DNA of 64,000 bases from Oikopleura dioica (taxonomy: Eukaryota > Animalia > Chordata), in assembly GCA_907165135.1 (NCBI GenBank), contig OU015566.1:13702001-13766000 (forward strand), written 5' to 3'. Numbering within the stretch: the stretch's first letter is position 1; each line of letters opens with the position of its first letter. This document shows positions 46,189 to 58,252 of this stretch, in pieces. Under the pieces are notes generated by a model. It was not told the origin of the DNA and made no database searches. It saw only the letters and a program-made list of their open reading frames with translations. The translations under genes and the position numbers were made by a program.

Positions 46189-47328
46189 CGCGTTTTTTTA
46201 ATTAATTGCTAATTATATTTGGACTGAAAATGAAATACAAAGCTCTGGCCCTCGAAGCCAACTCATATTTTCGAGCTTGAAGAATCGAATTGGTTCCCAA
46301 GGACGAAAATATTTTCAAGATACAGATTTTTCTCATTCATAAAATCGAAGGTACAGTGCTTTAAACTCCCATTCTGGGAGATGCCAGACGAGTTCGTCGA
46401 CGATTCTGAGCTTCAAAAACACCATGAGATATTTTCGTGAGAATCTACCGTACATCACGCATTCTTCTAGTGCTGTTCATGCTCCGATCTTGAAAACAAT
46501 GATTTCATTCCGTTGTTATTAAACTTGACCGGGAGGCAGAGTGAGTGATCTTCCATGCTCTCAAGCTGCTCTGAAAGACAGTCAGCATGTCCCAATTCTG
46601 CTAGTCCTCTCAGTCTCTCAGACGATGGTCTTCTCTCGCTTCACTTTTTAGCTCATTTTATGCTCGGGAATATTCATATTCACCCTCCATCATGGGATTT
46701 TCCACAATTTTCCAACTGGAAAGCTCTGTCTCTGAGTCCTATCTCCTCAAGCGTATCACTCCGTCTCTCAGACAGCCCTACTTTAGAGCTTCAAAAAGGG
46801 TTGTTTGTAGGGTCATCTGAGGTCGCTGCGGTCAGGCAAAGAGGGTCAACTACATCTGGCATGGTAATGCCACTAGCATCGGGCGACATTTTGTTGTGTC
46901 TTGCGTCTTATCGTCCGTCTTGACTCTCGGTCTGTCAGGCATTCCCCTTCCTGATTGGCTTGTCTCTGCGAAGGTCGTCCCATCGAACTCGCAAATATGA
47001 GGGCGGACACAATCGTCCTCCGTTTTCATCGTAGAACCATCGCCAAAACAGAACCAGATCGAGAGCAGCTCCGTTTCAGACATTTCCAGCGAGAGAACGA
47101 GCTCCAGACATTTGAAAAAGCAGCTCAACTAAGCCGCGGCGGGGACCAACCACCAGAAGCGCGGTTATTTTGGTGAGTTGTCGAAAAATGAGAAAAAGAG
47201 TCGGGAATTGTGACTTTGAAACCGCTGATGTAGACAGTTTCTCGTCGCCCAGACAGGATGTGAGGCCACCTTCTGACAGACATTTTAGCTAATTACCATC
47301 GACTGACTGTAATTTACACGAATCGAGC

Positions 47329-49500
47329 ATGGATATCGGCGATGTTCCCAATCACAACATTGAATTCATGTCCGACCAGGACGATATAGGAATCGGTTAT
47401 GGAGATATTCAAGAAAAACGATAGCTTACGTAATAGTTAAAAAAGCTAGCCAGGCATAGCGCGGTATTTTTAAGCAAAACGCTCAATTTCAATTGTAAAT
47501 TAAGCAATCTTTGGAGTTCAGTTTTTGAATTTTTTTCGTAATGAATAAATTTATGAAATTTTTTTCCAAAGAAATAGCTTTATGATGATTATAGCGTTCG
47601 AATTATTTTACTAGCAATAGTAATTAATTTCCCGTCTTCTGACCCATCAAAAAAGTCCTCCATGAAGCACCAACTGATTTGTTCGACTTTTCGAACCCGG
47701 ACCCGTTTGTGGTCTTTGGTCAAAGCAGACCGGTCCGGGTCCAGTCCGCGGAAGTCGAGCAGCCAACTTCGACAATGCTTGACGATAGTTTCACGACTTT
47801 GGAGGAGAATCCTCGGCTACGCTCGCGCAGGTACACCGTCCCTTCATGGTACGCGTTTGTTTTTCCTCATTTTTCGTTTGAAAAATGAATAAAGAGATTA
47901 AACCCAAAATCATCCGGGTCTTTAGCCAGACGATACCGCAGCATCAGACTGGCAGAAATCCTATTCGCATGGCTTCTTCATCCTCTGCTCCTGATGGCCC
48001 TTTGCCAACCCTTCACGAAAATGACAATCATTCAAATACCGAAAATAGACAGCGTCACAGATACCTACCTTACATTCCGAGAAATGGAAGACGCGAACGA
48101 AAAGGTTAGTCCAATTTGTCCGATAGACTCTTGCGCTTGAGAATCTGAAGCTTGATGTGAGTCTAGCTCGGAAAGATGATTTTGTTTTTGAACATTCTTC
48201 AGGTGGAAATGCCTCGCCTGGGACAATCAACGGAGTGCATCATACTTACCAAGAACTCATCGTAATCGCCATCACTCAAAGTCCGAATCGCTGCTTGACC
48301 CTTGCCGGGATTTATCAATGGATGCTTGAGTAAGTCCCTCACCCATCTTCTTCCTCTTATTTTGCTCTAGAAATGTTCGGGAGTTCCAGCCAAACAGTAC
48401 GACAGGACCGGCAATGAACTCCTGGAAAAATTCCATCAGGTACACTTTTCTTCAGAAAAACCTCTTCCTATCATTTATCCTATCAAAGGCATAATTTATC
48501 GCTCCACAAATGCTTCCAAAAACGAACGAACACACAGCCAGGAGAAAGCAGCCTCTGGGTTTACGTCCCCGACGAGCCAATGTGCAACCAGCAAGGTAAG
48601 TCCTCGGTGTTTTTGGTGTGCCTCTATCAATGCTTGTAACAATAGCTATGTATACAGATATCCGACCCAATTTCAACAACAACTTCGCTTCCGGAACAGT
48701 TTTGCCGACCCAGTCATTGCAGCGGCGAGAATCGCAAAGTAGCCAGATCAAAGTGGCGCCGAATTTCATCTATTCTCAGGACAAGAACTTGGAAAACATC
48801 GCTCAAGTCGTGTCAGAGGTACATTTCTCATTTCACCCCTTTTTCTATTCATCCCTTTTTTCAGTCGGATGCATCGATCAGAACAGACGAAAGCGTCGTG
48901 CTTCGCAAGTACCATATGCTCAACAACATAATCAGCACTGCAACGAAAGGTAGAATTAATCACCCTCCATCATCATCAATATAACTCTCAATTCTAGCGC
49001 AAAACTCGCAAAAGAAGAAAAAAGAAATTCCTCCACCAGACCGCGAGCTTCCTGAAATCTGGTAAGACCACCACCTTCAACCCTCTCTAACTCCCTTTTT
49101 TCTAGCGTCAACGGCAACTCGATTCCATACTCTGATGCTCCACCAAAGAAAAACAAGGGAAAAGCAACTTGCAATTGCCAAGCAATCAATAAGGAAAACA
49201 GGCCCGGCGGCGTCAACTTTCCAGGTATAGTACTGCTCATCATTTTTGTCGCATAAGTAAGCTGCCCCAGTTGCAAGTGTTTCAAAACTTCAGGCTTTGT
49301 GTGGTGCTTTTAACTGTCTCCCAACCTGTTTATCTTTAGAAATGCAGCCCGGCGAGATCAGCCCTATTTCCTCCGGGAGAGATTCTCCCGCAAGTCCTCC
49401 CAGCACCGCTGATCTCCAGCACATGTCGCCCTTCATTGTCGATTTTCCCTTCTCCGAAAACTATTTATCCGACGTCCAATCTCTCCAGATATGTCCCTAG
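47329..49500 (+). CDS. FOXO: Forkhead transcription factor, FoxO-like and divergent
   Basis: TYQELIVIAITQSPNRCLTLAGIYQWML...NSWKNSIRHNLSLHKCF...GESSLW, with an insertion before helix 3 and RxRxxT (RSRRYT) and RxRxxS (RKRRAS) sites at FoxO-like positions. The forkhead domain is near certain; the subclass and start codon are less so. Confidence 0.72.
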
Positions 49501-50528
49501 AACTCCATCATCTTCTACTCAAAAACTTCTAAAAAGGTTCAAAAATGGTAAAAATCAAAACTTCTTGAAGCAAAAAACCGGTGCCATTTACAATTCAAAC
49601 TCATTTACAATCATCTCCTTCAGCAATCAACTCCCCTTAACCCATTCATGCATAATCGCCAATATTTTGGCGAATCAAATTTTGCAAAAAAATTGAGCAG
49701 ATAGCATTTTTCTGATTCAAAAACCATCATTTTTGAGCCAAAAGCTTGATTTGCCAAAATATTGGTCACAATGCGCTGATGGGTTAAAATCTCTGCAATA
49801 TCTGTTCTTCAATAACACACAAAAACGCTACAAAGCAAAATTTTCTTTTACTAATTTCAAAAAGATAAAACGATGAGAAAATAATCTTCAATCGCCAAAC
49901 CGCGAGTCTATTCTATAAAATGCGCTAAAAGCTCATTGAAAATATGTATTCTACTTTCCTTCAGCATCCCGATTAATTCTTTCCCCTTTGTTTCTCCCAT
50001 CTCTCTTTTTGTACTTTTGTTTTATTGAATGTTTAACTGTATATTTTAGTCATTATCCCTAAAAGCTATTTTACTCCTATGAGATGTTCGACCCTACTTT
50101 TCCAAAAAATAAAAATCGTAACCCTGAGCGTTCTATTCTCTTCTATTCTCATATCAAACTGAATGTCTTCTTAAAAACAAAATAAATGAAGCAAAGTTGA
50201 GACAACTGGATTTACTGTTAATTATATAATTTATTCGACGCTTTTGAAAACTCTTGACTACAGTTACCAGTAGTCAAACAGAAATGTTGTACATGGCTCT
50301 CGATCTTCTCGGTGATTGTGGAGTTGAAATCGAGACTGAAAAAAATTGAAAACTGTAACAAACAATTTTATTTCTTTGTTCTTCTTTGTCGGTAGACATT
50401 TTTACTTAGTTAACATCTCGTAACAGAGTTTTCTTTTGTGTTAACATACCATTTCGTTACATTCCTTTCAACACATGTTTTCTTCGAGAAAATTCAAGTG
50501 AATGAAAGTTACTTTAGAATGTCTTCAA

Positions 50529-51511
50529 TCAATGACTACCTATGGAAAAAAATGACTTACTAGCGGCTAATCTTGACTTGAACTTCCTCAGCTGATCTCT
50601 TGAAAAGTCCCCTGGGTCGCCGTATTTGAGCCCACTTTCGACCCGGAAATCGTATCGCTTCTTCTTTTGCTCGATTCCGTAGTTTTCCAGCTTGTGCATG
50701 GCGAACAAACAGGCACAGACGACGAAGGTCATTGTTAATGGCAGCCAGAACCAGACTAGAAAAAGAGCATCAAAGCATGATAGAATTTTTAACCCACCGA
50801 TGTAAGTGGGGCCAGTGGCGCGGACGAAGTCAGGTCGCTCTTTGTTAGATCTGAAGATGAAGTTGAAGTCGACATTGTGATTGTGACTGTAGTCTTCCTT
50901 GATTCCAATCACCACTTCGGTATATCCGGATAGTGTCGTTTCGTAGTGGAAAGGTTCTTTGAGGTTGAAAGATTTTGTCGTCGCGCTTGAAACTTGCTCT
51001 AGAAATTCCCTTTCCTAATGTTTCCTTCATCAGTCTACCTGTAACATCGATTCTCGCCCATGTTTTTTCAGTATCAAGGTCGACCGCTTCGGCAGAAATG
51101 ATCGTTTTTCCCGCCGAAAAGCCCCAGAGTGAGAACTTGCACCAACCCTGATTGCTTTTCTGAGGAAGGTGAATTGCGTCCATTGAAAATTCATAAAGAA
51201 GATCATCCTCGCTGGACTCATCAAGAGGAAGAATTCGCCTTCTCATAAGAACATTCTCCATCGGACATTGAATTTGATGGTTGAACTTGACTCTTCGGTA
51301 ACCGGAAACTGCGAAAATTGTCCCTATAAGCCCTAGAACCATGTAAAAAAAAGCTGATTCCCTTCAAAATTAGACCGAATAAGATGATGTTCCTTTTAGT
51401 CTTCCACTTTTCACTGGCAGTTTTGCTATCTTCTTCTGAAACTTGATTGATGCGACTTGAATTTCGACTCGAATTTCTTGAAACTTCACATATAGATTCG
51501 TCTGGCTTCAT
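50529..51511 (-). CDS. Hypothetical two-transmembrane protein with an apparent 1-nt frameshift in an A8 run (51345-51352)
   Basis: ORFs 51221-51511, 50845-51342 and 50529-50915 join into one protein with TM segments at both ends if the run is A7 and two ~40-nt GT-AG introns are removed. Confidence 0.62.
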
Positions 51512-52342
51512 CTATTCTTGGAATAAACTGACAAATGACTGTATTAAACAACCTTTCTTGAGTTCACCGTTCTAGAGAAGGTCACTTACTTTTAAATCCA
51601 AGGTCAACTTTGTTCGAAAGTTCGAATTTTGAGACTTTTTAGAGCCTTCTTTAGTAAGTGAAAACTGAAGATTAGGCGAGATTCTTATGGTTTTATATTT
51701 GGAATAAATATCTATATTCTCGAAAAACAGGTTTTCAAAGAGAGAGAGACTCCCTCTGCACCGCTTTTTGATCCTTTCCCGGAGCCACTCGAAGCGGGCC
51801 AAAGTGTCCAGCAATTGATTAATCTGTGTTTAACTGGTTTATAATGCTTGGCCAGCCCATTTTGCTTCAAAAAGCGGCCGCCCGCCACTGGGAATGATAC
51901 CAATTACACAACTAATAATGCAATAAACAAAAGGGATGAAAGGAGAAGCAATTATTTCCATCTAATCCGCAAATTGACACAACCTTTGCTCGCCAAACGT
52001 TCCATCGAAATTAACCTATTCGGCCGCAGGAGCAATTTTAGTGCTCAAATGGAACTTATGCTCGTTGAAAAGCCGCTAGCGGCTTTTTCGAACCAAAAAA
52101 TTTTTGAAAAAAAAAAATTATTGATAAAATTTTTTGTTGCTCTCTTCCTTGATTTCTTGCGAAAAAATGAGGCTGATTGAGGTTTTTTCTTTTTGAATAA
52201 TTTATTTTTGGCAGGTGGTAAAAGCGTTTTTTGACTTTTCTAACATTTTTCACTTTTTGGAATGGTCAAATATATACAAAGGGATTTTTTTTAAACAGGC
52301 TCTTAAAAGTCAGGATGGAAGAAATTGCAAGAATTTTGATTA

Positions 52343-53059
52343 TCAGTGGGCGGTGGTGTCGGATTCGGTGTCGGACGATTCGGATCGCTCCTCGGTGCTC
52401 TCGTTTTGGATTTTCTTTTGCTTTCGGCTCTTGATGCGGCGGTTTTGGAACCAGACTTTCACTTGCGTTTCGGAGAGGTCGAGGTCTTTGGCGAGTTCGA
52501 CGCGGTCGGAGCCGACCATGTACTGGCTCTTGCTGAATTCAACTTCCAGCCGGTCGATTTGGCTTTGAGTGAAGATTGTTCGGACGCGCTTTGGTCGAGT
52601 GTCAAGTGGAGGAGATGTTTCTTGCTGAAGAGCGGCGTGGTGGTGGTGCTGGGCGAGGAGAGCTTGTTGGGCGTAGAGAGCATGGAGGTTTGGAGCGTAG
52701 TAGGGAGCGACTGGGAGTTGAGGAGCCATCTGATGGACGGGAGCGAGGGGGATCTGGATCTTTGGGATGTTGTGGACTGGAGAAATTGAGCCAGCAGAAG
52801 GAGGAGTTGCTGGAGGAGAAGGCTTTTCGTCTGGAGTCAAAATGTCAGCCATCGAAAAGCCGGTCTTTTTCTTCTGCGGTGGGGTGATCGTCTCAGAAGC
52901 TTCAGTTTTGATTCCGACGGTGATTGGTGGAGGAGAGAGGGATGGCTTCTGCTCTTCGTGAATCTCTGATTTTTGCTGGAGCTTCTGGTGGAGAATGCTC
53001 TTGGCGTAAAGCTGCTGGTACTGGATGAATTGGGTGTAGTTGGCGAGGAGGTTTTCCAT
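52343..53059 (-). CDS. NOTO: Not/Noto-class homeobox protein, intronless
   Basis: Homeodomain [56 protein letters not shown] (QYMVG is Not-typical) and eh1 motif FSMADIL. Confidence 0.88.
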   Translation of the reverse strand: MENLLANYTQFIQYQQLYAKSILHQKLQQKSEIHEEQKPSLSPPPITVGIKTEASETITPPQKKKTGFSMADILTPDEKPSPPATPPSAGSISPVHNIPKIQIPLAPVHQMAPQLPVAPYYAPNLHALYAQQALLAQHHHHAALQQETSPPLDTRPKRVRTIFTQSQIDRLEVEFSKSQYMVGSDRVELAKDLDLSETQVKVWFQNRRIKSRKQKKIQNESTEERSESSDTESDTTAH

Positions 53060-53156
53060 CTTTTTCTTTTTTTTCTTTTTTGGTTATCTGAGTTTTGATA
53101 AGAAAAATTTTTGTGATTTGTGATTTGGTTGATATGGGATTCTCCGCTGCTGGGGG

Positions 53157-53166
53157 CATTTTATAT
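53157..53166 (-). promoter_or_regulatory. TATA box of the Not gene
   Basis: CATATAAAAT on the minus strand about 100 bp upstream of the ATG, with a GC-rich proximal promoter and TAAT clusters further upstream. Confidence 0.6.
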
Positions 53167-55359
53167 GGGGCGGGAACAGCGCCACCGATCGAGGCTGGAG
53201 CAGAGGGACCTAGTGCGCCGCGGAGAGGACTAGTAGGACCGAGGACTAGCGCTCGTGTCCGGCTGGCCGCGCGCAGGCGAGATGCTTATCAAGATGGTGA
53301 TTAATTAAATTTAAGTGCTAATGGGGAGTGATTTTCAGATTGGAGCCAGCTGTCTTCTCGGATCAAGATATCCAAACGGCCTAATTAGTAAAAAAAACCG
53401 AATATGTTTTAATTTAATTGGATAGTTAAGGATTTGCCTTAGTATCGACCTGCCAAGTCACGTGATTAATATATGATGATATAGCAGTGATCGATCAACG
53501 ATTCAATTTGTCAATTTACTTAGAAATTATAATATGTTACATGTCAGCCAAAAATCAATTAGCCAAACAGATGAAAAACTAATCGAGCGCGAAAATTCGG
53601 CACTTACGGCACTTACAAGCAAAACTGTTCAACACTTGCCAAAAACGGACATTTGAATTAGCGCTCGAAAGTGGCCCATCCGGTGGCAGAAACTGGTAAA
53701 TTGATAGGCCGCGAAATTGGAAATGCAGAAAGTGGATTTAATTGAGAGGGGCAATTTTGGAAATATTGATATTTTGAAAGGTGCATTCGTGCATTTTTAG
53801 CTGAAGGAGCAATTCCAGAGGCTGTTTCCGTTTTTGAGCCGAAAGGAGCGGAATTCTGACTCGTCGATTTTCGGCTAGAAAAGAGCTTATTTTGAGTCGA
53901 AAACAGCGGAATTCTGAATCGCAAAATTTCGGCTCGAAAAGGGCGAATTTTGAGTCGAAAAGCTAAAAAAGGGATAATCATCAATGAAGAGCTCAAAATT
54001 CTTTCAATTCTAGTGTAAAATTAGCGAGTCGCTAATAAACCCATTTTAGTGAGAAAAACAACGGAATTGATAACCGATTTATCAAAAGCGAGATAGAAAA
54101 ATATATAAAAAAGAAAGTCAAGCAATTTAGTTCAAGAAATAATTATCCTATCTTTCTGAGCTTCTTTTATGTCTCAAGAAAGATTATCTTTGGATAAGCT
54201 GTTTCTGCTCAAGATACATTTTGTTTCAATCTTTGGGAAGAGCTTGCTAAATAGGCTGCGGAAGTGGCTAAGAGGATTATAATAAGTTTTCTGGGTCATA
54301 AACACATCTAAATTGACCTGTATTAGGACCCTTGACATGTCACAATATTTCCTCAATTTAGGTACCTACAAATTACACAAGGTACTTATTATAAGACCAG
54401 CTAGACTAAACATGTGATAATCTACAGGATTAGCTTACTGTAAAAGGTCTGCGCTCCTATTGGCTCATTTTCTAGCGAGAGAAAGAATTAAGGGATGATC
54501 TTAAAATAAGCATTTTCTGTAGAAAAAAACTCTTACAGAAAATGATCATTTTAAGACCACCCTGAATCCTCTCAAAACCTAAAAAATTAGCCAATAGGAG
54601 CTCAAGCCTTACAGTAAGCCCTAACTGTATATAATATAAAATTGAGGTCTGAGCCTGCTCTAGAAATTGCAATCTTATCAGCTCATCTGCCAATTAGTAC
54701 TAATCCCTAATATACGTTCAACCCTTTTTTTCGATGTTATCACGTGACCCTCTCCATAATCCGTTCCGGGTTATTAAAAAATTACGAATTTGTCTCCTTG
54801 CAGACGGCCTGGATTCAAAATTGCCCGTCACGGACTCATACGCTTTATTATAAACAGGGAATTTTTAGGTACGAAAAAGCTCGCGCAGCTGCCGAATTCT
54901 TGCGGATTATAGCTCCGGATACAAATTTCTGAAATTGATGATGGGTGTAAAAAAACGGGAGTTGTTTACGTTGCGCGTTTATATGGCCACGGCCGGAAAC
55001 TTAGCATCAGCCCGGGACTCTGGGCCATAAAGCTATAACTTATAGCCTATAAGGGGAGCTGGGCTCTAATCAAATCTAGCACGTCATTAATTTAGGATCA
55101 TTAATTGGCAGATGGGTATGTATTGAGGGGCGATTGGGGGGAGCAGATGGGTGATAAAATTGTATTCCAGGTAGACTAAATTGATAGATTATTGACTACT
55201 TGCTGCCTGTATCTTATTTTACGAATGATGGGTTAGTCCCTTAGGGGTACCCCTTAATTTTTAGCCCATAATTCGCGTCATAACATTAAGCGAAAAATTT
55301 ACAGACATAGTTTTGAAAATATACGGTATTCAGTTTGCTTTTCAGAGAAAATAATATCA

Positions 55360-56110
55360 CAGTGACACCCTTATTTTTTTACTAAAGGGAAATTCGAAGC
55401 TTATTGACAGCTTACATTCAGCGCAGGAAAATTTTGATTTGTTAATATCACTTTTTGTTAAAAAAATATTTTATAAGTCGAAAATTTATTAAAATATATT
55501 TATTGTTTTTGAATCCTTTGTTCTGGAATTTTTTTTACTAGAGAATTATCAGAGGCGATTTCCTGGTGAGCTTAGATGCATCAATCTTGCATGATCTATT
55601 CACTAGGTCGCTCGATCAACGGGCCGCGTTGCGGGTACTGTTTGATCCAACAGGCATCCGTCTCGCCCAGAATGTCATGTCCTGCGGCGACATATTGCGT
55701 TGGGCACATCAAAGAGGAATTAAGACTAAATGCTTCGAGGAAGTGGGGAAAATCAGTTGTAGATGATGCATTATTGAGATGCTTTTTTTTTCAGACAAAA
55801 GATCACTTCAATCCGCATTCCGGAAATAAGGGGATTCACTAAGTGCGAATAAAATGTCCTGGAGCTCTTTTCTTCGGAAAATTCTTTCAGTAAGTCAAAA
55901 AACGGGCTTATTTTTGCAAAGATTTAACATTGTGACACCCTTATTTTCTTTGAGAGATATCGCTAAAAAGTTAAAATAAGGGTGTCTCTTTGTTAAATAT
56001 AAGTTTTTCTTAGTTGATTTAACACAGTGACGCCCTTATTTTATCTCGACAGAGCAAAGCTTTAGCTATATTTTCGTCTGTAAAAAGTTAAAATAAGGGT
56101 GTCTCTTTGT
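55360..56110. repeat. Cluster of GACACCCTTATTTT direct and inverted repeats
   Basis: Forward copies near 55365, 55934 and 56030; inverted AAAATAAGGGTGTC near 55972 and 56092. Confidence 0.72.
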
Positions 56111-56732
56111 TAAAAATAAGCCATTCTTGATGGATTGACTACTAGTTGATTATCGTTTTTTATATAAGATTTATTCTTTTCATCCTCGAAAAACACATGT
56201 TCTTTTGATTGATTTCGTGCCGCATCTTGGCAATTAAAAATTGTAATTATTTTAATTGAAGTAAATTAAAATTATCCTTCTTAATTCATCTCGTCCGGGT
56301 TGGAGGTTCATTTGTGATCAAGCTGCTTTTTAGCCATTCAAATTTGCATTCTACTGAAGAACTTCTGTTTCCTTCCCATTTTTGTTCCTCGCCGCGTAAA
56401 TTTGGTAAAAAACGCGCCTTAGGGTTTTTTATTTTATTTGCGATCGGTCATCTCCCCGCTTTCGTCTTGCCCTGGTGCCCTAATACATTACGCCCGGGAG
56501 GCAAATAGAAGATGAGGCAAGGGGGATTCTTGTCATTTTGGGTTTATGGGGCGCATTATGGAAGGTAAATTAGGTCTTACAAGCTTGTAAATAACGCTCC
56601 ACTCCCTTAACGGCCGCAATGATCAAAACAAGAACTCGTGACCTTCTTCTACTGTCACTGCTCGTTACTGTCACGTGCCAGATTTATTGCCAAATAGTAC
56701 AGTTCTGAGCAGTCAAACTTTGATTACTTTAA

Positions 56733-57071
56733 GGACCCCCCCCCCGTCAACAATTTTCCTCGAAAAATCGAAAATTTCAAAAAAGCCATATTTTGGCTTC
56801 TTAGCGTGCCTGAAAGTTAAATTTATCTTTAAAACTTGTTCGGATCACTTTTTGACCAATAAAAATCTGAAATTCTAGCAAAATTGGGACTTTATCGTCA
56901 TTTTTCGTCAAAAAGTCCTATTTTCAAACGCGATTTTGAGGGCCTTAGAGTTGAGATAGACCCCCAAAAAATGTAGCCTCAAAATCGTTTTTTGACCTGT
57001 AGAATCGATTTCCGGGGTCAGAATTCTGAATTTCCGAAAATAGATTTTTCGAAAATTGTTGACGGGGGTCC
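56733..57071. mobile_element. 339-bp MITE with TTAA TSD and GG...CC ends (Kolobok-type)
   Basis: TTAA|GGAC(C)nGTCAACAATTTTC ... GAAAATTGTTGACGGGGGTCC|TTAA. The C-run is 10 nt on the left and 5 nt on the right. Confidence 0.85.
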
Positions 57072-57615
57072 TTAATTGTGATTGGAATAATAAAACTGAG
57101 TTGTTAAAGGTTCAAATTAAATGTTATTATTTCTTAATTTAGCACTACAATTATCTGATCGCCTGAACTCAAATTTATTATCTTTGCCGATAATAAAACA
57201 TTTTAGATTAGACAAAATTATTCCATTCCTATTATAATTGCCCCCTTTACTGTCTTTTTTTACCGATTTCGCCGTGAATAAACCCGTTTTTTTTGGAAAA
57301 ATCTGATGATTTACGAGCCTAATTTTCCCCCAAATCAAGGTCATCTGCTTGTTGGTAGCTGAAAAAACGTATATTTTGGATTTACTCCCGCGTGATACGA
57401 GTCAGTGTCAAGCACATTTGCAAAGTCTGATTGCAACAAATCTGAAATGCAAACAGCGTAAATTTCAAACGGCGGGTGCTTTTACCATGAAAGCGCCCTG
57501 CTTAGGCTCCTTGTGTCAACAACTGAATATCGTGTTCTTCAATTTTCTCAAGGGCGAAATTTTCTACAGAAGTTTTTAGTCAAAATTTTGGTCAAAAAAA
57601 AAGTCGACTTTCTTT

Positions 57616-57753
57616 GCCCAAAATTGTCGATTAGATTATTGAAAAGGGGCCCTAAATTGTCGATTTTCGAGTCGAAAAATTTGATGGTCATTTTTTGATC
57701 TAAAAATCGACAATTTTGGGCCCCTTTTCAAAAGGTTTATCGACAATTTGGGC
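57616..57753. repeat. 138-bp imperfect palindrome (MITE-like)
   Basis: About 52-bp arms, each with two AATTGTCGAT units around GAAAAGGGGCCC. Confidence 0.72.
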
Positions 57754-58252
57754 CAAAAAAGTCGCTGTTATGGATAAATATCGGAACGAAGCCTTTGGTT
57801 AGGAAATTTGCTGTGTGAACGGAAGCCGGTTAAATAGTCCAAAATGACTGGTAAACGGATGCAGTGCTAAAAAACATGAATGAACATGCCTCGGTTTTGA
57901 TCCGGGCGCTTGTAACCGGCTAAATCGCCCGTGTCACCTTCAGCTACTTTCATGTTTACTGAAGTGCGCGGCGCTCAACCTCCAACGTGACCGAGGAATG
58001 TTACAAATCACGGAAATCCGTTTCCGATCCACGAGTTTTATGGTCCTCTCCTTCCGGTCGCACGAGGAATTGAGTTTGACGCGCGCAAAAAGAGGGATGA
58101 AAAAGGGGTTTGTTTCTCTGTTTAGATAAACAGGATTCGAATCTCGGAAGCTGTGTTTTTTGGATAGATAAGCTGCTTTATACAATATCTACCTCTTGCT
58201 TGAATTCGAATAAAAAAATGGGTTTCAGCTATTTTTATTCACCCTCGAAGGT

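Noticed and set aside
47255-47266. GGATGTGAGG, matching the 5' end of vertebrate 7SK
   Set aside because: Ten bases only; no following GATC stem or Pol III terminator.
52346-52887. + strand ORFs of 103-147 aa
   Set aside because: Antisense shadows of the Not coding exon.
57850-58150. GC-rich segment with a weak U3-like start and a TTCGAATCC B-box-like word
   Set aside because: No box C/D set, no cloverleaf and no T-stem pairing; more likely a promoter or enhancer.
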